Notes under the pieces: generated by a model | Database searches by the model: none | The model's input: only the letters and a program-made list of their open reading frames with translations | What the model was told of the DNA's origin: nothing | Program-made: the position numbers and the translations under genes | Part shown: positions 1-9,694 of the stretch, piece by piece | How positions within the stretch are numbered: position 1 is the first letter of the stretch | Layout of the letters: each line of letters starts with the position of its first letter | Source of the DNA: Octopus bimaculoides | Taxonomy: Eukaryota | Direction: 5' to 3' | Assembly (NCBI RefSeq): GCF_001194135.2 | Contig: NC_068989.1 | Location: forward strand, 69,130,969 to 69,194,968 | Length of the DNA: 64,000 nucleotides

Positions 1-32
1 ACTATGCAAAGATTGTTTATTTTCTTTAGGTA

Positions 33-390
33 CAGGCATGGCCTTGTAGTTAAGAAGTTCTGCAACCACCTGGTTTTGAATTCAATCCAACAATGTGGTA
101 CCCTGGGCAACTGTCATCTACTTTAGCCCCACATCAAAGTATTGTGAGTGAATTTGGTAGACAGAAACTGTAGAGAAACCAGCTGACAATATGTGCATGT
201 GTACATATGTATCATTACTTAACAGCCAGCGGTGGTTTGTTTATGCCCACTGTAACCTAGCAGTTTGGCAAAAAGAACCTGACAGAATAAGTACCAAACT
301 TAAAAGTAAGTACTAGGGTTGATTTGTTCAACTATACCCTTCAACATGATACCCCAGCAAAGCCACAGTCTATTGGCTGAAACAAGTAAA
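33..390 (+). mobile_element. tRNA-derived SINE, decayed
   Basis: Head caggcatggc...gttaagaag...ggttttgaattcaatcc and body ttgtgagtgaatttggtagacagaaactg, shared with many copies in the window. Confidence 0.6.
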
Positions 391-1498
391 TGAGTAAAAA
401 GGTAATAAATATTTAAATTAAAAATATGAGAATAACACATGAAGACTACATCTACTGTTAAATTATCAATAGGCTTTACAACCTGTTGATCAAAGCCGAC
501 AAATGACCAATGTTTCTTAAAAGAAACAATATTTTAATAATTTCAATGTCTCCAAGCAGAACCAAATGATATATATTAGCCCTTTTGTTACCATATTTCT
601 GTTGAGATGCTTTGTGTTTCTTTCAATTAATTTTAAATATAACGAAGAATTTAGTAAAATAATTAAGCTAATGTTTGGAACATAAATTGTGACTAAGGTT
701 TGGTGGAAGATTTTAATTGAGAACTTTTGAAAACAAGACAGTTGTACTAGAGAGCCAGAGACAGTTTCAAGTGGGTTGGTATCAAAAGGGTCTAAGGAAA
801 TTTTATTGGAAATCTCATGATCCAGTGCCATTAGAAATAACTGTGTGCACATTCAGCTATGGCTTCAAATTCAGTCTCTATGGCACCTCCAGCAAGTTTC
901 TTGTAATATAGCCCCAGTTCCATCAAAACCTTGGGAATGGATTTGGTAGATGGAAACTAAAAGAAGCTCATTGTATATGTTTATGTGTCTATCATCATCA
1001 TCATTTAACATTCGATGTTCATGCTAGTATGGGTTGGATGGTGTGACCAGAGCTGGTAAGCTAGGGGTTTGCACCAGACTCCAGTCTGATTTGGCATGGT
1101 TTCTATGGCTGGATGTCCGCCTAGTGTATATACATATATTCGTGAGTATATGTATGTTTGTGTTACTTTGTCTTGACATCACATGGTAGTAAATGAGTGT
1201 CACAGTCATACAAGCATTATTCATTTCTAATATTCTGTGAAAACACATCTGGCTATGGGGAAATATCACCTTGCTTGGAAACATGTGAGGATTGGTGACA
1301 GAAAGGGCATCCAGTTGTTGAAAATCTGCCTCAGTAAACACCATCTAACCCATGCAAGTATAGAAAAGTAGAAGTTAAAACAATGATGATGAAATTAAAT
1401 TAAATGTATTTGAAAATATTATATTTCGGAATGGTCATTTTGCCAATAAAATACCTTCATTACATTTGTTGATAGTAAAATGCATTTAAGTAACTTAC

Positions 1499-1702
1499 CT
1501 TGCCAGACCAAGTACCCAATAAGCTTACACAGACTTTACCATCTTCATAAAGATTAGGGTTGAGTCGATCAGCACAGTAGGACAAATAATGGAACCTGGG
1601 TGGTGATGCAGGGTAATCATTTGGCAACTGGACATCGAAAATAAATAGACCATCTTCATAGGGAGTATTTGAAGGCCCAACTATCATCACTGAGAATAAG
1701 TC
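1499..1702 (-). CDS. UBE2O: UBE2O exon, UBC catalytic core (phase 0-0)
   Basis: [68 protein letters not shown], containing the active-site Cys motif of the UBE2O/BIRC6-type UBC. CAG acceptor, GTAAGT donor. Confidence 0.96.
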
Positions 1703-2070
1703 CTGAGAATAAAGAATAAAAAAAATATATTCAAACTCAGGATAAGAATTACAGACTTTTATTCAAACTGGCAAAGTTGTTGCAGTGTCAGATAAAATGT
1801 TTCACTGTGATAGTTTTGTTTCTTTGCAGTCTTGAGTTCAAATTCCACCAAGGTAAACTTTGCCTTTCATCCTTTCAAGATCAATATAAAAGTACCAATC
1901 TAAGATTATAAACTGGTGGAACTGTAAAGATACTGGATCAGATGCCTTGTGGTGTTTGTTCCAGTTCTTTGTGTTAGAGTTAAAATCCCACAACTTTCTT
2001 CAGTGGTAGACTTAATGAGTGACCTGATTTAACACCATGGCCTGGCATCTTGGTTGCTTTTAACAAAATT

Positions 2071-2280
2071 CATGCTACTCCAGACTGATGATGAGCAATG
2101 ACTCTGAAACCAGTCTCTGAATGCTGGTTTTGCTGGGTGGAGGTGCTTGTCTCCACTTTGGAAACATAAGGACACAGGAAATGTGTCAAGTCCAACAGGA
2201 AACAGTGTTTCCTAGGGCTAAATAGCAGTAGCATTCTTCCCTTTCATGGGACTGTCACATTAAGTTGACAACATACCATC
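2071..2280 (+). repeat. Direct repeat copy 1 (~210 bp, hammerhead-bearing)
   Basis: Aligns without gaps to 4362-4571; 12 substitutions counted by eye (~94% identity). Confidence 0.95.
2079..2121 (+). ncRNA. Minimal type-I hammerhead ribozyme motif, copy 1 (weakened stem I)
   Basis: TCCAGA-CTGATGA-T-GAG[CAATGA]CTC-T-GAAAC-CA-GTC-TCTGAA. Core CUGAUGA/GAAA and a GUC triplet; predicted cut after 2115. One mismatch in stem I. Confidence 0.6.
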
Positions 2281-2650
2281 ACTTTATCGTGCTGCTACTG
2301 CATAAATCTCTCTGAAAGATTTAGAAATGTATTATTTCTATTTTCAAAAATCAGTGAATGTATTTCAAAGGTGGATAGGCATCGACAGCCAGCAAGGCCA
2401 TGCCTTTTTTGTCTACGACACGTTGTCTCCAGTTTGTTACCTGCGGTAAGGGAGTTCGTTTCCTGTTCTGTTTATTGTAAATTTATGTTATTTTGAAGTG
2501 AAATACTTTAATTGAAATCAAACTGTTGTCCTTTGAAAAACAGTAATTTTCGCTCTGCAGGGTGGAAAAATTTCTGTTAATTTTATTGTGAACTGTGATT
2601 TTTACGAATATATTGTCTGAAAATCTTCTTGTCATTTCTGACAAGTGTGA

Positions 2651-3543
2651 AGCAACGAAGTAATAGAGACCAAACCAGCTGTCAATTATGCTGCAGCAAC
2701 AGGAAGGGGTTTGAATAATGATGTTTTGCAAGTGAAAGAAGTGAAGTTCAATGAAAAGAGATTGAAAAAGTCTAATGAACTCATAGTTAAAGAAGGAAAC
2801 AGCCTGAGGCTGACCCCGCCAAAAGAAGCAATAGAGGAAACAGCTAAAAAAAAACTGTAGTGTATAGAATGCTGTCAAATTCAAGTAAAAGGGTGGAAAT
2901 AGCAACCGTTGAAGCAATGGAAGAATGTCTTAAGGACATTAAACACCTAATGACATTCTACACCAGAGTCAAGAAGTATGGCACAGTGGAGGTAGGGTTT
3001 GCAACCGAACAGGACACAATAAAGCGCTCCATGGTGCCATTGAGGTCAGAAGAGTGGGCACTACAGCCAACCTACTGTGGCAAACGTGCAGCCAGAGTTA
3101 GGATTGGCAGAGTGCCCCCAGAAATCGATGAAGCGTGGCTGGTGTCAGCCATCCTCTTCAACACGGAGGAGGAGACCAATGTGCTGAAGGTCATGAGGAC
3201 AACAGAGGTAAACTGGTTTGGATACAGCCTCGAGGTGATGGTCCAAATCAGTTTACCAGACCTGCATAAAATTGCAGATGAAATTATGCTGCCAGAGGAT
3301 GTTGAACTAAGAGTGGTAGTGGAGGGAAGACCTCCCATCTGCTACCACTGTGGAGTACGGGGACACATGAAAGCAAGGTGCCCCCAGAAACAAGAAGTAG
3401 AACAAGAGCAGCAGGAGGAGGAGGTGGAACAAGGAGTGGTAGTACAAAGCCAAGTAAGTGAAGAGATGGAAAATGTAGAAGGAAAATACTCAGTTGGAAA
3501 AAGAAAAAAGAGATGAAAATGCATATTCACCACCAAAAAGCCT

Positions 3544-3588
<45 letters not shown>

Positions 3589-4079
3589 AGAGAGAAAAGG
3601 CAACATAGAGGTGATACGAATTGAAAGAACAGAAATAACACAAAAGAAAATTACAGAAGAAAAAACAAGTATGCGGAAAGGAAAGGAAGCAACAATAAAG
3701 AGTAAGAGAGAGACAGAGATGGTTGCGACACAAAAACCAGGAACATTAGGAGAGAATAGAGATGGGAAACAGGAAGGAGTACCGAAAGGAAAAAATGTGA
3801 GGATGATGATAGTATAAAAAGAGTGTAGAAATAGAGAAACGGATCACTAAATTGAAAAATGTAATCAGAGTAAAATTATTGGGGAATGAGGATACTGAAG
3901 ACAACAAGGCAGTTTTGAGTGAGTGAGTGAGTGAGATAGTGAGTGAGAGAGAGAGAGAGAGAGAGAGATTAAAAGAATTAGTTGGTGAACAAATTGTAAT
4001 AACGGAGTTGCTGGTTCAATGCAACAAACTACCACCAGTGGTACCATTTGACGACATAATAGAGTACATAGTAAATTGA
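2651..4079 (+). pseudogene. Disrupted non-LTR retrotransposon ORF1/gag-like protein with CCHC zinc knuckle (L1/Tx1-like)
   Basis: Frame 2651-2860 (..KPAVNYAAATG..) joins the tracked ORF 2860-3516 across an A9 run. Contains CYHCGVRGHMKARC (CX2CX4HX4C), then a K/E-rich segment and LKELVGEQIVITELL...IIEYIVN-stop at 4077-4079. Interrupted by a poly-A run and a (GAGT)n/(GA)n tract. Confidence 0.75.
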
Positions 4080-4338
4080 AAGTAAGTGAAATTTGTAAAA
4101 CTTAAAATAATGCTTAAAAAAAAAAAAACGTTGTAAAGAAGAATAATGAACTGTTCGTGAATAATGTGTTACATAAACAGTTAAATAACACTACCTGTGT
4201 GGGGTGTGCAGGTAAGACATTTCATTTTTCATTATATCATTATATTCATAATTCCATTCAATCTATGTTTTTTGTACCCCACTGTATTGTGTTGTTTGTC
4301 TTTGCTTGTCCCTTCTTTGTAAGAGCCAATGTGCTTGT

Positions 4339-4351
4339 AATAAAGAATAAA
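4339..4351 (+). promoter_or_regulatory. Tandem AATAAA polyadenylation-type signals at the 3' end of the ORF1 element
   Basis: AATAAAGAATAAA, ~260 nt after the ORF1 stop and just upstream of repeat copy 2. Confidence 0.5.
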
Positions 4352-4354
4352 GCT

Positions 4355-4425
4355 AGCAAGCCATGCTACTCCAGACTGATGACGAGCAATGACTCTGAAA
4401 CCAGTCTCTGGATGCTGGCTTTGCT
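4355..4425 (+). ncRNA. Minimal type-I hammerhead ribozyme motif, copy 2 (extended stem I)
   Basis: Stem I TCCAGA/TCTGGA is extended by GC/GC, AAGCC/GGCTT and AGC/GCT across internal loops. Core CTGATGA 4376-4382, stem II GAG/CTC, GAAA 4397-4400, two-bp stem III AC[CA]GT; predicted cut after C4406. Confidence 0.72.
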
Positions 4426-4571
4426 GCGAGGAGGTGCTTGTCTCCACTTTGAAAACATAAGGGCACAGGAAATGTGTCAAGTCCAACAGGAAATGGTGTT
4501 TCCTAGGGCTAAATAACAGTAGCATTCTTCCCTTTCATGGGACTGTCATATTAAGTTGACAACATACTATC
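4362..4571 (+). repeat. Direct repeat copy 2 (~210 bp, hammerhead-bearing)
   Basis: Matches 2071-2280 at an offset of 2291 nt. Confidence 0.95.
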
Positions 4572-5271
4572 AAAATCCAGTCTGTTGAATGTATTTGGGG
4601 CAGGTTTTCAGTTTTGAAGATATCTCCCCCACCTCCTTCCCTCCTGTCAATCACAAAAACCCTGTAATAGGTCATGGGTACTAAGAGTACAACAAATTAG
4701 AATCTAATTAAACTATATTATAGAAAAGAAATTTTAACAATGATATTCCTTTTTTTCAGTCAATTTACTTTGAACTAAGCAGTTATAACACTTATAAGGT
4801 ACAAATCCTCTGTTTGAACTTGGGGAATTAAGTTGACTGAAACGATTGACTTCAAATCAAGATTACAAAAATGACTCAAGGGAAATAACCACAACACAAT
4901 TGAGTAAGAGTTTACAGCTTACATTACAGCATATATATTGCTCTTAAGAATATATTATAAGTATTATTATTACAATAATATTCCTTCAGGCGTCGATAAA
5001 TTAAGTACCAGTGGGACATTGGGGTAGATGACCAGTCCTCTCCCCACAAATTTCAGATATTGTGCCGTTAGTACAAAGGATTATTACAATAATATATGGT
5101 ATTGCTATTATTACAATAGAAGAAGATGAAACAAACAAGAAACCTGGAGAATATCTATTTTCCAAAGATTTAGCAAAGATCCAAACAACTCACAAAAATG
5201 ATTATACATTTATATATAAATAACAAAAGTAGTGAAAAAAAAAAATGAAAGCAGGAAAAATCAATACATAC

Positions 5272-5334
5272 CATTCTCTCTTCAAATTCTTTAACAAAAA
5301 TACCATCAGGAAGACTAGTTTTTAATAACTTTGA
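5272..5334 (-). CDS. UBE2O: UBE2O exon, UBC domain (phase 0-0)
   Basis: SKLLKTSLPDGIFVKEFEERM, similar to human [26 protein letters not shown] donor. Confidence 0.9.
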
Positions 5335-5566
5335 CTAAAAAGAAAAAGAAAATAAAAATAGAATTTCCAAACAAAAGGATGAATTATGTTCAAGTGGGTA
5401 CTCAGGCAATACATATTCAATTTATTGCTCATATGTGTGTTCCATATTCACCTTATCCACTCTTAATGGTAAAGAGGGATGAAAATGAATGACTAGGAGC
5501 TGTTAATGTGTTAAGATTCTTTGTAATATGTAACTACATTAATACCAATACCAAATTACTAACTCC

Positions 5567-5781
5567 TTAACCATTTAGCATTTAAACAAACCATATCTGG
5601 CATAAATATTGTTTTATATTTAAACTGGCTAGATCTGATGTATCACATTTCCTTTACAATGACATTCAAAGCATATACAATCACATCATTGAAATCTTGA
5701 AATCACAAGATGATTAATTCAAAACAATGTGAATAAAAAAGCATTGTGTTTGACAGAGTAATGTGAATGCTAAAAGGTTAA
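5567..5781. mobile_element. TTAA-flanked MITE (piggyBac-like ends)
   Basis: TTAA-ccatttagcatt ... aatgctaaaagg-TTAA. Confidence 0.6.
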
Positions 5782-5944
5782 TAAAATGTATATCAAAATT
5801 AACAATTATTATTTTGAAATTTGATTTAGTTTTATGACAAGATAATTAAAAACTCAAAAAATTCTAGAGACTTCAACCTTGAGTTCTTCAGAAGCTCCTA
5901 TCATAAGAATTACAGCTCCCAACATAGACAAATTACAAACTAAC

Positions 5945-6042
5945 CTCTCGCTTAAGAGACATGAAGAAAGATCTTTGGCTGCTGAGGTGAGTATGATTAC
6001 AGAAATGATGACAACTTAGAGATCCCTCAACGATTTGGAAGC
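5945..6042 (-). CDS. UBE2O: UBE2O exon, start of UBC-proximal region (phase 1-0)
   Basis: FQIVEGSLSCHHFCNHTHLSSQRSFFMSLKRE, similar to human FSVLEFAPSNHSF...KKFFSTVRKE. Strong acceptor, GTTAGT donor. Confidence 0.85.
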
Positions 6043-6854
6043 CTAAAAGAAGTAAAAGTAAAATAAAGTTAGTAAAAAAAAAAAAACGTCCTCCTTCTCA
6101 TTATTAATGCTTTAACAAAACTGTTCCATGCCTGCATGGGTCAAACACAACGTAGCTGAGGCAGGTTTCCCGACAGCTGAAAATGCTCTTCTTGTTACCA
6201 ATCCTCACCTGTTTGTTTCCATGTATGATAATATTTCTTATAATCCTCTGAATGATAAACAGCTCCAATGGCTGGACATGTTTTCATGGAAGATTGCAAA
6301 TAAATGACATCAGCTGTATAATGGTGACTTTTGTTCACATTTAGCACACTCATGTCAAGAAGTACGTGCTCATGCGCACACACATACTGATGCATGCATA
6401 CACACATACTCACATATAAGCCAGTTTTTCCCCAGTTTCCATATGCAAAATTTCACTCACAAGAAACTAGTCAACTTGTGGTTATAATAGGATACAGGCC
6501 AAGTGTCCATGCAGTTCTGGGGAAAACATCCTAACTACAACAGTAAGTTTGTACCTACAAAGACATTTCTGTTAAATACAAAGATTCTGTTCTTACAGAA
6601 AGAAAAACTCCAAAATCTAGCAGCATTTTGGAAATTTCAAGTAAAAATAAAATTTTTAAAAAAGAGAGCTGAAGCTATTTTAACATTAAAAAAGGATGAG
6701 TTGTCAAGTTACTGGACAACTGACCACATAGTTGGAGGTTCAAATCTCACAATAGTTATTGTATGTAAAAAAAAAACAAAAAAACACATGACTGTTTGCT
6801 CCAGTTGAAAGAGTGATAAAATGGGTTCTACTCACTTCATATGCAATATATGTA

Positions 6855-7773
6855 CATTGGGTCATCCCTTGAATAATGCAGTTTTTTAATTGCATGAACT
6901 AAAAGTCAGAGGGGGATGGGATAAACTACCTGCATCAACTTGCTATAAAAGCAGGTAGTAATTTTACCATGTACTTATTCTTAGTGCAAGTTTTGAAAAG
7001 TGCAGTTCGATTTTAACAGTTTTTCAAAGCTATAATGGAAGTGACAAAGGAGCATATTCAGCATATTTTGCTGTATGAATTGAATAAAAGCAACAACACA
7101 ATAGAAAGTGCATGGAATATCAATGCAATATATGGGGATCGGATAAGTGTAAGCCAGTGTCAACGGTGGTTCCAGAAATTCTAAACTGGAAACTACAGCT
7201 TAGAAGACGAGCCACATCCTGGAAGATCTGTAGAGCTTGACAAGAATGTCCTACAAACCCTCGTGGAACAAAATTCCATCATAACTGTTGAGCAACGAAC
7301 AGAGAAGCTTGGATTTGATCATTCAATCAGTCAGTCAAGTCAGAGCTTAAAGAAAAAAGACCATCTTTGGTTTCAAGACAAAAGGTGTTCTTCCATCAGG
7401 ATAATATTTGGATATAAACAGCGAGAATGACATTCCAAAGGCTGGAGCAGTTTGAATGGGAAATGATGCCCCACCCACCATATTCACCGGACATTGCCCC
7501 ATCTGATTATCAGTTATTCTGCAGTTTTCAAAATCATTTAGACAGAAAAAAATTAGTTCTGTAGAAGAGGTTAGAACAGTACTAGAGGAGTATTTTTCAT
7601 CACGGACAAGTGAATTTTGGAAAAGGGGCCTTACAAGTCTACCAGATAGATGGTAGAGCATTGTAGAAAATGAAGCTGAGTATATTTTAGATTAAAAAAG
7701 AAATTTGTTTATCTTAATTTTGAAAAATAAAAGAAGTATAAGAAAACTGCATTATTTACAGGACGACCCAATA
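6855..7773 (+). mobile_element. Mariner (DD34D-type) transposon, internally deleted and decayed
   Basis: Imperfect TIRs (cattgggtcatcccttgaataatgcagttt / aaactgcattatttacaggacgacccaat) flanked by TA. Peptide remnants WFQKF...EDEPHPGR, VFFHQDN and HPPYSPDIAPSDY...LPDRW. Confidence 0.88.
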
Positions 7774-7847
7774 TATATATATATGTGTATATATATATAT
7801 GTGTGTATATATATATAACAGTTGAGGGAACCCGTGGAAGAGGTAGG

Positions 7848-8406
7848 NNNNNNNNNNNNNNNNNNNNNNNNNNNNNNNNNNNNNNNNNNNNNNNNNNNNN
7901 NNNNNNNNNNNNNNNNNNNNNNNNNNNNNNNNNNNNNNNNNNNNNNNNNNNNNNNNNNNNNNNNNNNNNNNNNNNNNNNNNNNNNNNNNNNNNNNNNNNN
8001 NNNNNNNNNNNNNNNNNNNNNNNNNNNNNNNNNNNNNNNNNNNNNNNNNNNNNNNNNNNNNNNNNNNNNNNNNNNNNNNNNNNNNNNNNNNNNNNNNNNN
8101 NNNNNNNNNNNNNNNNNNNNNNNNNNNNNNNNNNNNNNNNNNNNNNNNNNNNNNNNNNNNNNNNNNNNNNNNNNNNNNNNNNNNNNNNNNNNNNNNNNNN
8201 NNNNNNNNNNNNNNNNNNNNNNNNNNNNNNNNNNNNNNNNNNNNNNNNNNNNNNNNNNNNNNNNNNNNNNNNNNNNNNNNNNNNNNNNNNNNNNNNNNNN
8301 NNNNNNNNNNNNNNNNNNNNNNNNNNNNNNNNNNNNNNNNNNNNNNNNNNNNNNNNNNNNNNNNNNNNNNNNNNNNNNNNNNNNNNNNNNNNNNNNNNNN
8401 NNNNNN
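7848..8406. other. Assembly gap (N run)
   Basis: Ns. Other large gaps are at 12906-13596, 44928-45058 and 56748-57282. Confidence 1.
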
Positions 8407-9559
8407 CTTGTGTTTTTTCTGGTAGTCTGACCTTAGAGTCCCTCATAGCGTGAGGCATTATCGTATAGTAATGCCCTTATATAAATATAAATATATATTT
8501 CGGGAATAAATGATGGATTTTTTCCCTTATGAGGTTTTTTTCACGCTAGCTACTTGATAAATTCTTGTAAAAGAATTTGTCCTATTATTGAATTTATATA
8601 TATATATATATATATATACACATACACACACACAAGGTGTAGAAACAAATGCTCCAAGAAAGAGAAAAAAAACCTATCCCATTGTTATGAGCAACAAAAA
8701 ATGGATACATAGAGTACAAGTAACTTTTGAACAATTTCTGTTTTTTACATTACAGCTGCTCTGCACCATCTTCCCTTTATGCACTGCCATTAATTATCAC
8801 CTCCTCCTAGACCCACTCCTACTTTTCTTTACCTTCCCACCTTAAGTGGATTCACCTTTGACCACACCTCCACCCAAGTCTTTCATTCACAGCATGCACC
8901 TCTAATCATTTGTCACTCTTACATTCTTGCAAACCTACCAAGCCAGCCATCCTCAAACCTCGGTCCCTATTCTCTCACATTTGCTTGTCCCTATTCTTTC
9001 TCATATCTACTTCTTGTATTTTGAGGTTATGCCCTGATACCACATCAAACAATCCTTTCTCCTTTTCTATTCAGAGTCATGATGTATCTCCTGCAAAGGA
9101 GACACATGGCTATCCCAATGAGGATAGCCATGTACCCTCTACTAGGCACCTGTTTGCAACCCACTCTCATATTTTAGCCTTTGAACACCTGGCACAAATC
9201 TACTTCCACCACTCAGCTGAGGGGTTTTGTGAGCTACTTGGTGACAATCATTAGTGCTGGTGACACAAAAAAAGCACCCAGAACACTGTAAAAAGGTTGG
9301 CATTAAGTGCATCTAACTGATGAAATCATCCAAAAGCAAATATTTAAGCATAATGCAGTTCTCTGGCTCATCCGATCCAGTCAAACCCTCCAGTCCATGT
9401 TAACCCTTTGAAGATGGAGCCTCATTTGGAGTTTCAGTGCCAAAAAGAAAAAGCCCTTTTCACAAGGGCATGCACTTATTTTCAAAAAAAAAATTATAAA
9501 AAAACTAATTACTTTACATATATAAAACTATATATATTCTTGGAGGAAATTGAATGAAC

Positions 9560-9616
9560 TAATATAATCTTCTTCATCATTCAACGTTTTGGCTGATAGA
9601 TCAGCCCTGTCATCTC
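9560..9616 (-). CDS. UBE2O: Candidate 57-nt frame-preserving cassette exon of UBE2O (phase 1-1)
   Basis: A pyrimidine tract and TTAG acceptor follow a 78-nt intron. Reads (G)DDRADLSAKTLNDEEDYI(S) in frame. The donor GTTCAT is weak, and direct 9695-to-6042 splicing also keeps the frame. Confidence 0.35.
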
Positions 9617-9694
9617 CTAAGGGTTAAATGATGAAGAAAGAAAAAAAGAAACAAAGAAAATGAGAAAACATGCGAGTGAACTAAGTGGACTAAC

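Noticed and set aside
517-911. Overlapping ORFs 517-852 (-) and 717-911 (+)
   Set aside because: They overlap a reversed copy of the TTAA-type MITE and a SINE, with no UBE2O 3' exon motifs (LLQVL, NEPYYNE).
2483-2917. Minus-strand 144-aa ORF and other antisense ORFs at 3072-3733
   Set aside because: Shadows of the purine-rich plus-strand ORF1; F/L/S-rich with no motifs.
5449-5502. Minus-strand APSHSF peptide resembling the human UBE2O APSNHSF segment
   Set aside because: The frame hits a stop before a usable donor, and exon 5945-6042 already supplies this region with correct phases.
7709-8458. Long ORFs spanning N runs (also 12831-13755, 44816-45155 and 56701-57521)
   Set aside because: Artefacts of translating assembly gaps as X.
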